Assembly: GCA_022703625.1 (NCBI GenBank)
Contig: JAKLDH010000002.1
Coordinates: 1,462-65,461 of the forward strand
Length of the DNA: 64,000 bases
From: Cyanobacteriota bacterium
GTDB lineage: Bacteria; Cyanobacteriota; Vampirovibrionia; Gastranaerophilales; UBA9971
Reading direction: 5' to 3'
Within the stretch, counting starts at the first letter, position 1, and each line of letters starts with the position of its first letter. Position numbers and translations under genes: made by a program. Under the pieces are notes generated by a model that did not search any database, had not been told where the DNA came from, and worked only from the letters and a program-made list of their open reading frames with translations. Below, in pieces: positions 44,416 to 52,561 of this stretch.

Positions 44416-44718
44416 TTAGGATGCAAGCCGTTCCGATTCTTCGTTTCTTTTATGTAACCACGCCAAGCGTTTTATATAGCATTCCGTAACCTCACACTCA
44501 AGAGCCAACTGCATTCTGCTTTTCTTGCTACCGTCATAATTCCTGCAAATATAGCTATTCCTGATTTTTTTAAGTGCATTGCTCGGTATGTTAATTACTA
44601 CCCCTGGCAGGTCATTTAGTAGCGTCAGTGCAAATTCTATTCCATATAAATCTGCAATTATTCTTATGTCTTCATTTGGTAAATCTTCAAGATTTAAATT
44701 TTGTTGCCAGATTTTCAT
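44416..44718 (-). CDS. Mor-family transcription activator
   Basis: Start at ATG 44718, after AAAGGAG. The C-terminal HTH reads RNSYICRNYDGSKKSRMQLALECEVTECYIKRL. A paralog lies at 58408..58710. Confidence 0.75.
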   Translation of the reverse strand: MKIWQQNLNLEDLPNEDIRIIADLYGIEFALTLLNDLPGVVINIPSNALKKIRNSYICRNYDGSKKSRMQLALECEVTECYIKRLAWLHKRNEESERLAS

Positions 44719-45086
44719 ACCGTAAATCTCCTTTTGAATCATTATTTAGAGTGAATTTATATTCAAATGAAAGCCTGCGCCTTCCTGAGAAAACTCAGGC
44801 TTTCTGATTAACAAAGGAACATTGGTTGAAAAATCTGGACAGGATAGTTAAGCAACTATCAGCCTAATTTGTGAATCTTTTTTGTATCCCTTACCTGCCT
44901 CCCGTGTTTATATCTATATTATATATTTATTTATATATTCAAACTTCCTCTATTTGGAGTATTTACAGCCCTCAATCTCTTTATTTATATCACTTCATGC
45001 CATTTATAAATGGTCAAATTTACACTATTACTAAAAAATTAAACAATAAATGTTTTTTTTGCTTATTTTTCGTTAAAATTAAACAT

Positions 45087-45599
45087 TTAAAACCTTCTAA
45101 CTGCTCGTGCCGGATTAAAAGGGATATATCTATCCTTAAGAGATTTTTCAAGAATACTTCCAAGCAACTTCACAATATTATCAATGCTTTTGGGAGAAAG
45201 ACCTTCAGTCAATTTCTGTTCAATAAACTGGTCAATATTTTCCGGCTTAATTTGTGTAACCCTAAATTCAATAAAAAATGGAATAAGATGTTTATTCAGA
45301 CTGCATTTATAGGATTTAAAAGTGGATGCTGTACATTTGTTTTCAGCTTCACGCATAAAGTTTTTTGATGCGGTTTCAAACCCTATTATTCCTTTTCTTA
45401 ATTGGGGTCTTTTGGTTTTCCTGACATTAGGAATATGCCTATATTTATCCCAGCTTAATTTTTGGATAATTTTGTCTGATAAGAGTTTATCAAGGATTTT
45501 AGCTATTTCATTCTCGTTTAAATCAGTCATTACAGCAATATCATCCAGCGTGAATATGTTTAGCCCTTTTATTATTTTCAAAACTTTGTCTTGAATCAT
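45087..45599 (-). CDS. wHTH + integrase SAM-like core-binding domain protein (no catalytic domain)
   Basis: 170 aa. FMREAENKCTASTFKSYKCSLNKHLIPFF...ENIDQFIEQKLTEGLSPKSIDNIVKLLGSILEKSLKDRYIPFNPARAV is the N-terminal SAM-like domain pattern of tyrosine recombinases. The ORF stops right after it. Confidence 0.7.
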   Translation of the reverse strand: MIQDKVLKIIKGLNIFTLDDIAVMTDLNENEIAKILDKLLSDKIIQKLSWDKYRHIPNVRKTKRPQLRKGIIGFETASKNFMREAENKCTASTFKSYKCSLNKHLIPFFIEFRVTQIKPENIDQFIEQKLTEGLSPKSIDNIVKLLGSILEKSLKDRYIPFNPARAVRRF

Positions 45600-46281
45600 T
45601 CTTTAATATCTCCTTTATTATGTTTTCATCAATCAATTCAATATTATTGGTCTTGGCAACAGCTTCCAGTCTGCTAATAATTCGCACAATCTGCCTGAAC
45701 CTGTTTGCCTGGGTGTGAATAAAATTTACAGCAGGTTCTGTTATTTCTACTTCGCAAAGCTGTGTAACTATATCCTGTACATCATTTACAGAGAACGCTT
45801 TAAATTGGATTATTTCTGACAGCCTGTCATATAAATGCCTGTATTTTTGCAGTTTCTTTTCAGCTAATGTCATTCCAACAAAAATAATCGGGACATTCGT
45901 TTTATCATGAATGTCCCGAATTGTTTCTATTGTTTTCTGGTCGCCTGCAAGGTAATCAACCTCGTCAATAATTATCATCTGAGGTCGCTCTATAAGTTTA
46001 TTTACAGCCTGTTTAAACAATTCTGATGTCCAGTATTGCGGAATCTCTCCGAGTTCCTCAACAAGTTCTTCAAGAAACCATCTCCCGCTCATAAGGTTTG
46101 CGCTTCGTATGTAGACAGCATCATTTTGTGCTGCAAGCCATAAGGCTGTTCGTGATTTTCCAAGTCCCGGCTCTCCATAAACAAGTGCCATTCTTGAAAC
46201 CCCGTCAGGTTTATTCTGCAGGGAATTTATCAGGGCTATAAAGTTTTTAACGTTTTGTGTTTTTACAAAGATTTTACGCAT
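45541..46281 (-). CDS. MuB/TniB-like AAA+ transposition ATPase (copy 1)
   Basis: Start at ATG 46281 by comparison with copy 2. Walker A GEPGLGKSRTA and Walker B IIIDEVD. Confidence 0.8.
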   Translation of the reverse strand: MRKIFVKTQNVKNFIALINSLQNKPDGVSRMALVYGEPGLGKSRTALWLAAQNDAVYIRSANLMSGRWFLEELVEELGEIPQYWTSELFKQAVNKLIERPQMIIIDEVDYLAGDQKTIETIRDIHDKTNVPIIFVGMTLAEKKLQKYRHLYDRLSEIIQFKAFSVNDVQDIVTQLCEVEITEPAVNFIHTQANRFRQIVRIISRLEAVAKTNNIELIDENIIKEILKNDSRQSFENNKRAKHIHAG

Positions 46282-46288
46282 ATATATT

Positions 46289-48304
46289 TTATTCTCCATA
46301 TATCATTCTAAATTCATCACTGTTTTTGTAGTTCTGCAACCACTTTCGCTCTTCTGCTGAAGTGCAGCCATTCTCCATAAGCCACTCGTAGCGTTCATAG
46401 TTATTCAAAAATACAGGACGCAGTTTTTCTGGAATTGCTATCGGTTCTTTTTTAACTCCTTCCGGTGGAATTTCTTGCGGGATAGTTTCTTCAATCATTT
46501 GTGTCTCTAAAAATTTGATATCTTCTTTAGGCAGGTATTTTTTGATTGTCCGAAGTGTTCGATTACGTAATTGGGCTGGCTTTTTAATCTTTTGGATAAA
46601 ATCTTCCCTGTCTTTAATATCGCCAAGATGATATGCCATCGGGTGCGTTCCTGTAACTCTTTTTGCTGTGCATAAATATTCGCCTCTTGTTGAATAGACC
46701 TTGATTTTACTGAGGTTAAATAGACTGTATCTAATCATTACTCTGTCCCTGAGTCCGTATAAAGCATCGCTGTTGTAATCAGTGTTTAAAAACCTTATGC
46801 CGTTGCGATTTATTGTCTTTACCTCATGCGCCATCATTAGCTCATCAAGCTCATTGATGCCTATATTCTGCCTTATTCTACCCTCAAAAACCTGCTTTAT
46901 GCTCATTGTTCTATCATTAGGACATGGCTGGGAGTGCCTGTAGCTTAACCACGCATCAACAAACCGGATTGTTTCTTCAACAGTCGGGATATATCCCTGA
47001 TTGATTTTGTCATATAACTCTTTATGCAGTTTTTCATTGCGTTTCATATGAGCCGGTTTGTTTGCGATATTGCTGCCGGTGTATGTGGGTAGCAGTTTTT
47101 CAAACTCTTCCTGAAATTCTTTGAAGAAGCGTTCTATGACTTTAGCCCGGGCATTGTAGGGCTTGGCATAAACAGGCTTTATTCCAAGTTTGGTGTATAT
47201 TCCACTAAATCCGGCTTCTGTGAAGTCAGTTGATTTGGAAAAATATTTTGCTTTAAAAGCCTTTCCATTGTCCTGATAAACAATTCTTGGAATCATATCA
47301 AGGTTAATAATTGCCATACGCAGGGCTGAAGCTATACATTGGGTATTCTCTTCAAGCATAATTTCATATCCACACAAATAACCTGACTTCCAGTCAAGGA
47401 AGGCAACAATAACCGCCCTGCACGGTCTGCCTGTAAAGGGATTTAAGACAAGGAAGTTTAAACGGTGTCCGTCTGCTACTAAAACATCCCCGACTTCAAT
47501 TTTTGAAATGTCCCTGGATAAATATGGTTCGACCTTATCCCGAAGTGCCTTTTCCCCTTCTCGCATAAGTATCCACTTGTCATAATTCTGTCTCCTGAAA
47601 TATTCTGCGTATCTACGGAAGGTTATTGGTTTTGGAATATCTTCAATTCCTTTCTTTTCAAGAATATGGGTTGTAAGTTTTATTGCCTTACCAATGCTGA
47701 ATTGGTTTGGATGCAGGAGCAGTTTTAAAAATATTCCGATTTCTTCTTCTGTCAGCGTAGTTTTATACTCATCTGAATTTGTGTAATGGTACTGTGGGAC
47801 AAGAGCTTCCCAGTTTTCGTATTCAGAATAAAGTTTGTTCCAGCGCAGCAGGCTGCCTCTGGAGGTTTTACCAATAAGTCGGAACACATTTTTAAGATAT
47901 TCACCTGAGTTGTACAAATCAAGGAATAATTTATCCCCTTCGTGTTTTGGACTATGTTTATTCCTGAATTTTATCCATTCCTGAATCAAATCAACTTTTG
48001 CAAGAGCAACAGTCTTTGCCTGCGCCGGAATGAATCCTGATTCAGTCTGAACAGGTTTTTCAATCGGCAGAAGAATGTCATGATTTACCGTTTCAACTAT
48101 TTCCCTGTAATAAGTGTTTTTGTAAACCTCCTGAACCTGTGGCTCAAGGGAGGATAAAAGTATCTCATAACTTTTTCCTCCCTGAGTTTTTGTTTCCCTG
48201 AAAATATATTTACCTTTGCTTAAAGCTATTCTTAATGCTCGTGAAGTTACCTGTTTTATTTCTGCGATTGTTTTCAGGTCAACCCATAAGTTATTATCAC
48301 TCAT
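46289..48304 (-). CDS. Mu-type DDE transposase (copy 1)
   Basis: 671 aa. N-terminal HTH-like region, and DDE candidates in VLVADGH, YQDNGKAF and AKVIERFF. Confidence 0.85.
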   Translation of the reverse strand: MSDNNLWVDLKTIAEIKQVTSRALRIALSKGKYIFRETKTQGGKSYEILLSSLEPQVQEVYKNTYYREIVETVNHDILLPIEKPVQTESGFIPAQAKTVALAKVDLIQEWIKFRNKHSPKHEGDKLFLDLYNSGEYLKNVFRLIGKTSRGSLLRWNKLYSEYENWEALVPQYHYTNSDEYKTTLTEEEIGIFLKLLLHPNQFSIGKAIKLTTHILEKKGIEDIPKPITFRRYAEYFRRQNYDKWILMREGEKALRDKVEPYLSRDISKIEVGDVLVADGHRLNFLVLNPFTGRPCRAVIVAFLDWKSGYLCGYEIMLEENTQCIASALRMAIINLDMIPRIVYQDNGKAFKAKYFSKSTDFTEAGFSGIYTKLGIKPVYAKPYNARAKVIERFFKEFQEEFEKLLPTYTGSNIANKPAHMKRNEKLHKELYDKINQGYIPTVEETIRFVDAWLSYRHSQPCPNDRTMSIKQVFEGRIRQNIGINELDELMMAHEVKTINRNGIRFLNTDYNSDALYGLRDRVMIRYSLFNLSKIKVYSTRGEYLCTAKRVTGTHPMAYHLGDIKDREDFIQKIKKPAQLRNRTLRTIKKYLPKEDIKFLETQMIEETIPQEIPPEGVKKEPIAIPEKLRPVFLNNYERYEWLMENGCTSAEERKWLQNYKNSDEFRMIYGE

Positions 48305-48419
48305 TATTATTGCCTTTTACTTAAATTAACTCATTGGCAATGATAACTCTCCTATCACAAAAATAAAGTCTATTTCCGAGAGATGTGTCAGGTTTGAAAC
48401 ACTTTTAAATGGAAAAAAC

Positions 48420-48824
48420 TTAATTAATTCCAAAAAATTTTTTATTGCCTTGCTGCAATTTGAGGAACTCAGCTCTTAATCTTGTGGCTATATCTTCATT
48501 TGAGTCTAATAAATATATTTTATCTGGACAGATGATATTTTCATTTTCTTCACCTTTATTGTTGCTACTATCAAAATAAGAATAATCTGTGTAAACATCA
48601 TAAATTCCGTGATTTAAAATTTTCTGAACATAATATTCAAAGGAATTTTTTATATTATAAAAAAAGCATATTTGTCTATGGTTTCCATTTTGTTCAATTC
48701 CCTGAGCATCAACTTCCCTTACGGTTTTTCCACGGTCAGAAATATCAGAACTATTTGCAAATACATGTACATCAGCTAAATCTGCTGGATTGTAATATAA
48801 CCAGTCACAGTGAGGATGAAGCAA
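48420..48824 (-). pseudogene. AT-rich ORF with TTG start and no RBS; possible gene remnant
   Basis: 134-aa ORF with no recognisable family and no SD. It lies between the two head-to-head transposase genes. Confidence 0.25.
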
Positions 48825-48858
48825 ATAATACCTATGTTTATTGTATTTAATCAGGCAA

Positions 48859-49071
48859 TTCGAGTCAAAATGCAGACTTGGAAATCAGGCATAAACTCTT
48901 GATATATTTACATTTAATGCCTGTTGAATCAGTTTGAGCCATTTTGCAGTTTTTGCCTTTTTTCTGCAAAATTTAGGATGAGCCAAAATCCGTAGATAAT
49001 CCTCAAGTTTACTGTTGTGGCAGGATTTAAGGCATTGCAAGAATTGTGCAATTAGTTCGAGCCATTTTGCA
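48859..49071 (+). repeat. direct repeats of a 16-bp motif TTYGAGYCAWWWTGCA (3 clear copies + 1 partial)
   Basis: Copies at 48859-48874 (TTCGAGTCAAAATGCA), 48933-48948 (TTTGAGCCATTTTGCA) and 49056-49071 (TTCGAGCCATTTTGCA). A partial copy, GATGAGCCAAAATCCG, lies at 48977-48992. The second and third copies share about 25 bp including flanks. Confidence 0.6.
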
Positions 49072-49269
49072 TTTTTGAAAAGCTGGAAATAGCCGGAAGT
49101 TCGTTTTAAAAATTTTACAATTATCAGGAAGTTTTAAATAAAATATTCCTGCTTCTATTTATTTGAATGATTCAGAACAGACATAAATGTCGGAAAATGA
49201 CTTTAATTCTGAGCTATAGGATTTATAATGCCAATGACGCACTAATCCAAGCGAAAGAGGCAAAATATT

Positions 49270-51279
49270 ATGAATCCCAATATTATCTGGATTGATTTAA
49301 AAACAGCAGCGGAGATAAAAGATATTACTCCACGAGCCTTGAGATTAGCTCTTGCAAAGGGTAAATATACTTCTCGAGAATCCATTACTCAAGGCGGAAA
49401 AAGCTATGAAATTCTTTTATCTTCACTTGAGCCAAGAGTTCAGGAGATTTACAAAAATAAATATTATCAGGAAATAGTTGAACTGGAAGCCCAGATTATT
49501 CATATAACAAAACCTGAACCAATCGAATCAGGCTTTATTCCTGAAACAGCCAGAACAGTTGCACTTGCAAGATTAGATTTAATTCAAGAATGGCAACGGT
49601 TTAGAAAAGAGCATAAGCCTAAGAATAAAGGTGATAAACTATTTCTTGATTTATACAACTCAGGAGAGTATCTTAAAACTATTTTTCAGCTAATCGGTTC
49701 AACCTCAAGAGGAAGCCTTCAACGCTGGCATCGAAGTTATACAGAATATGAAAGCTGGGAAGCTTTAGTTCCTCAGTATAAATATACAAGTTTTAACGAG
49801 TATAAAACAATTTTATCGGAAGAAGAAATTGGAATATTTTTAAAAATTCTCCTGCACCCGAATCAATTTAATATCGGCAAGGCAATAAAACTTACAAAAC
49901 ATATTCTTGAAAAAAGAGGGTTTACTGATATACCTCAGCCGATTACATTTCGCAGATACGCTGAGTGGTTCAGGAAAAACAATTATGACAAGTGGGTTTT
50001 AATTAGAGAAGGTGAAAAAGCACTTGCTGATAAAGTTTCTCCATATATAAAAAGAGATATTTCAAAAATCAAAGTAGGTGAAATTCTTGTAGCTGACGGT
50101 CATAAGCTAAATTTTCTTGTACTAAACCCATTTACAGGCAAACCCTGTAGGGCAACAATTGTAGGTTTCTTAGACTGGAAATCAGGATATTTTGTAGGTT
50201 ATGAAATTATGCTTGAAGAAAATATTCAATGCATCGCCTCAGCTCTTAGAATGGCAATTATTAACCTTGATATAATTCCTCTTATTTCTTATCAGGATAA
50301 CGGCAGAGCTTTTAAAGCAAAATATTTCAGCGAATCCGCTGATTTTACGGAAGCAGGATTTAACGGAATATACACTAATCTTGGAATAAAACCAGTCTAC
50401 GCTAAACCTTACAATGCTAAAGCGAAGGTTATCGAAAGATTTTTTAAAGAATTTCAGGAAGAATTTGAAAAACTTCTGCCTACATATATAGGAAGCAGTA
50501 TAGAGAATAAACCGGCACATATGAAAAGGAATGAAAAATTCCACCTTGAATTGTATAACAGAATTAACAAGGGCTACGTTCCAACAATTGAAGAAGCAAT
50601 AAAGCTAATCGACTGCTGGCTTGATTACAGACACTCTCAACCCTGCTCCAATGATAGAAGCAAAACAATAAAAGAAGTTTTTGAATCAAGAGAACGGCAA
50701 AATATAGATAAGTCAAAACTTGATGATTTGATGATGGCTTATGAGGTAAAAACTATCCACCGTAACGGCATCAGGTTTTTAAGCTCCGATTATAACAATG
50801 ATTCACTTTATGGCTTAAGAGACAGAGTAATGGTTAAATACAGCCTGTTTGACCTCTCCAAAATTAAGGTTTATTCAACAAAAGGCGAATATTTATGCTC
50901 AGCTAAAAGAGTAACAGGAACTCACCCAATGGCTTATCATATGGGTGAAGTTAAAGATATGGAGGATTTTAAGCAAAAGATTCAAAAACAAAAACGGCTT
51001 AAAAATAGAACTTTAAGAACTATAAAGAAATTCTTACCTAAAGAAGATATTAAATTTCTTGAAACCCAGATGGATTTAGAAAGAATAGAGCAGGAAATCC
51101 CTGCAATAGAAGTCAAAAGCGAACCTCTGATTTTAGAAGATAAATTAAAACCTGTATTTATGAATAATTACGAAAGGTATGAATGGCTTATGAAAAATGG
51201 ATGCACAAGTCCTGAAGACCGCAGCTGGCTTCAAGAGTATAAAAATAGCGAAGAATATCAATTAATCTATGGGGAATAA
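49270..51279 (+). CDS. Mu-type DDE transposase (copy 2)
   Basis: 669 aa, collinear with copy 1 and roughly three-quarters identical by eye. Confidence 0.85.
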   Translation: MNPNIIWIDLKTAAEIKDITPRALRLALAKGKYTSRESITQGGKSYEILLSSLEPRVQEIYKNKYYQEIVELEAQIIHITKPEPIESGFIPETARTVALARLDLIQEWQRFRKEHKPKNKGDKLFLDLYNSGEYLKTIFQLIGSTSRGSLQRWHRSYTEYESWEALVPQYKYTSFNEYKTILSEEEIGIFLKILLHPNQFNIGKAIKLTKHILEKRGFTDIPQPITFRRYAEWFRKNNYDKWVLIREGEKALADKVSPYIKRDISKIKVGEILVADGHKLNFLVLNPFTGKPCRATIVGFLDWKSGYFVGYEIMLEENIQCIASALRMAIINLDIIPLISYQDNGRAFKAKYFSESADFTEAGFNGIYTNLGIKPVYAKPYNAKAKVIERFFKEFQEEFEKLLPTYIGSSIENKPAHMKRNEKFHLELYNRINKGYVPTIEEAIKLIDCWLDYRHSQPCSNDRSKTIKEVFESRERQNIDKSKLDDLMMAYEVKTIHRNGIRFLSSDYNNDSLYGLRDRVMVKYSLFDLSKIKVYSTKGEYLCSAKRVTGTHPMAYHMGEVKDMEDFKQKIQKQKRLKNRTLRTIKKFLPKEDIKFLETQMDLERIEQEIPAIEVKSEPLILEDKLKPVFMNNYERYEWLMKNGCTSPEDRSWLQEYKNSEEYQLIYGE

Positions 51280-51281
51280 AA

Positions 51282-52082
51282 ATGAAAAAGACTTTTGTCA
51301 GAACTCAAAATGTTAAAAACTTTATCTCGCTTATGAACTTGCTTCAAAGTAAACCTGATGGAGTTCCAAGAATGGCGTTGGTTTATGGAGAGCCTGGACT
51401 TGGTAAATCAAGAACAGCTCTTTGGTGGGCTGTAAAAAATGATGCAGTATATTTAAGAAGCTCCAATATGATGTCAGGAAGGTGGTTTCTGGAAGAGCTT
51501 GTTGAAGAACTGGGTGAAACTCCTTATTACAAAACATCAGATCTTTTTAAACAATGCGTAAACCAGCTTCTTCAAAATCCAAGAACTATACTGATTGATG
51601 AAATAGATTATTTAACAGGAGATTCAAGAACAATAGAAACCATCAGGGATATTCACGACAAAACCAATGTTCCAATTGTTATGCTTGGAATGAATAAAGC
51701 AGATAAAAAAATTATGCGATACCGCCACGTTTATGATCGTTTAAGCGAAATCCTCAAATTTGAATTATTTTCATTAACTGAGATACAAAGCATTATAACT
51801 CAGCTGTCAGAAGTTGAAATTACTGAGGATGCAGTAACTCTTATTCACTCTCAGGCTAATCGCCTGCGGCAGATAGTCGGGTTGATTAATAAAGCTGAAA
51901 AGTTAGCTCAGGCAAACGGTTTATCAAGAATAAATGCAGAAATTTTAAAAACAGGTGCCAGTGAAATTTTAGCTGAAACAAAAGTAATAAAAGATATAAG
52001 GAATGAGCTTATACAGCTCCCGCATTCGCAAAGGAGTAAAATTGATGAAAGACAAAATCCTCAAAATAGTCAAAGGGCTTAG
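51282..52082 (+). CDS. MuB/TniB-like AAA+ transposition ATPase (copy 2)
   Basis: 266 aa with GEPGLGKSRTA and LIDEID motifs. Confidence 0.8.
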   Translation: MKKTFVRTQNVKNFISLMNLLQSKPDGVPRMALVYGEPGLGKSRTALWWAVKNDAVYLRSSNMMSGRWFLEELVEELGETPYYKTSDLFKQCVNQLLQNPRTILIDEIDYLTGDSRTIETIRDIHDKTNVPIVMLGMNKADKKIMRYRHVYDRLSEILKFELFSLTEIQSIITQLSEVEITEDAVTLIHSQANRLRQIVGLINKAEKLAQANGLSRINAEILKTGASEILAETKVIKDIRNELIQLPHSQRSKIDERQNPQNSQRA

Positions 52083-52560
52083 AAAATTTACTATTGAAGA
52101 TATATCCATAATTGCAGAACTTGATGAAGAGGAAATTTATCCTTTAATTGAGCAGATGGTATCGGAGCAGAAAATAATTCAAATAAGCCATGATCAGTAT
52201 ATGAAAGCTGAAAAAATTATAAAAACAAAAAGGGAAACAACTAAAAAAGGAAAAATCGGTTTTAAAAAAGCGGCTCAGAATTTTATGACAGAGGCTGAAA
52301 ATAAATGTACGCCATCAACTTTTAAATCCTATAAAAGTGCATTTAATAAACATTTAAGCCCATTTTTTCAAGAATTTAGAATATGCGAAATTAAACCTGA
52401 AAATATTGATGAATTTATAGAACAAAAAATAGAGGAAGGGCTTTCAAATAAAACTATAGATAATATTGCCAAATTACTTGGCAGTATTCTGGAGAAGGCT
52501 CTTAAAGACAGGTATATTCCTTTTAATCCTGCAAGAGCGGTTAAAAAGCTTTATCTATAG
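52045..52560 (+). CDS. wHTH + integrase SAM-like core-binding domain protein (copy 2)
   Basis: Start at ATG 52045, after AAAGGAG. It is collinear with 45087..45599 and again ends just after ...FNPARAV. Confidence 0.7.
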   Translation: MKDKILKIVKGLRKFTIEDISIIAELDEEEIYPLIEQMVSEQKIIQISHDQYMKAEKIIKTKRETTKKGKIGFKKAAQNFMTEAENKCTPSTFKSYKSAFNKHLSPFFQEFRICEIKPENIDEFIEQKIEEGLSNKTIDNIAKLLGSILEKALKDRYIPFNPARAVKKLYL

Positions 52561-52561
52561 C

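Larger units (their letters stand above)
15571..48304. mobile_element. Mu-type transposable prophage 1 (Mu-like head, P2-like myovirus tail); ends not resolved
   Basis: Contiguous phage genes run from a gpG-like gene (15571) to a MuA-like transposase (start at 48304). Only 28 bp separate the host ccdA-like stop from the first phage gene. The coordinates are gene-defined minimum limits. Confidence 0.7.
49270..52560 (+). mobile_element. second Mu-type transposition module (A-B-core-binding protein), head-to-head with copy 1
   Basis: Three genes paralogous to 45087..48304. About 95 bp of 5' leader upstream of each transposase is also homologous. No structural genes are attached. Confidence 0.6.

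Noticed and set aside
44871-45368. 165-aa plus-strand ORF.
   Set aside because: Half of it is antisense to the conserved core-binding-domain gene. The rest is very AT-rich spacer, and it has a GTG start without an RBS.
48859-49071. CRISPR-like array, suggested by the short direct repeats.
   Set aside because: There are only three clear copies, with irregular spacing (about 75 and 122 bp). The repeats are 16 bp long, and no cas genes or leader are present.
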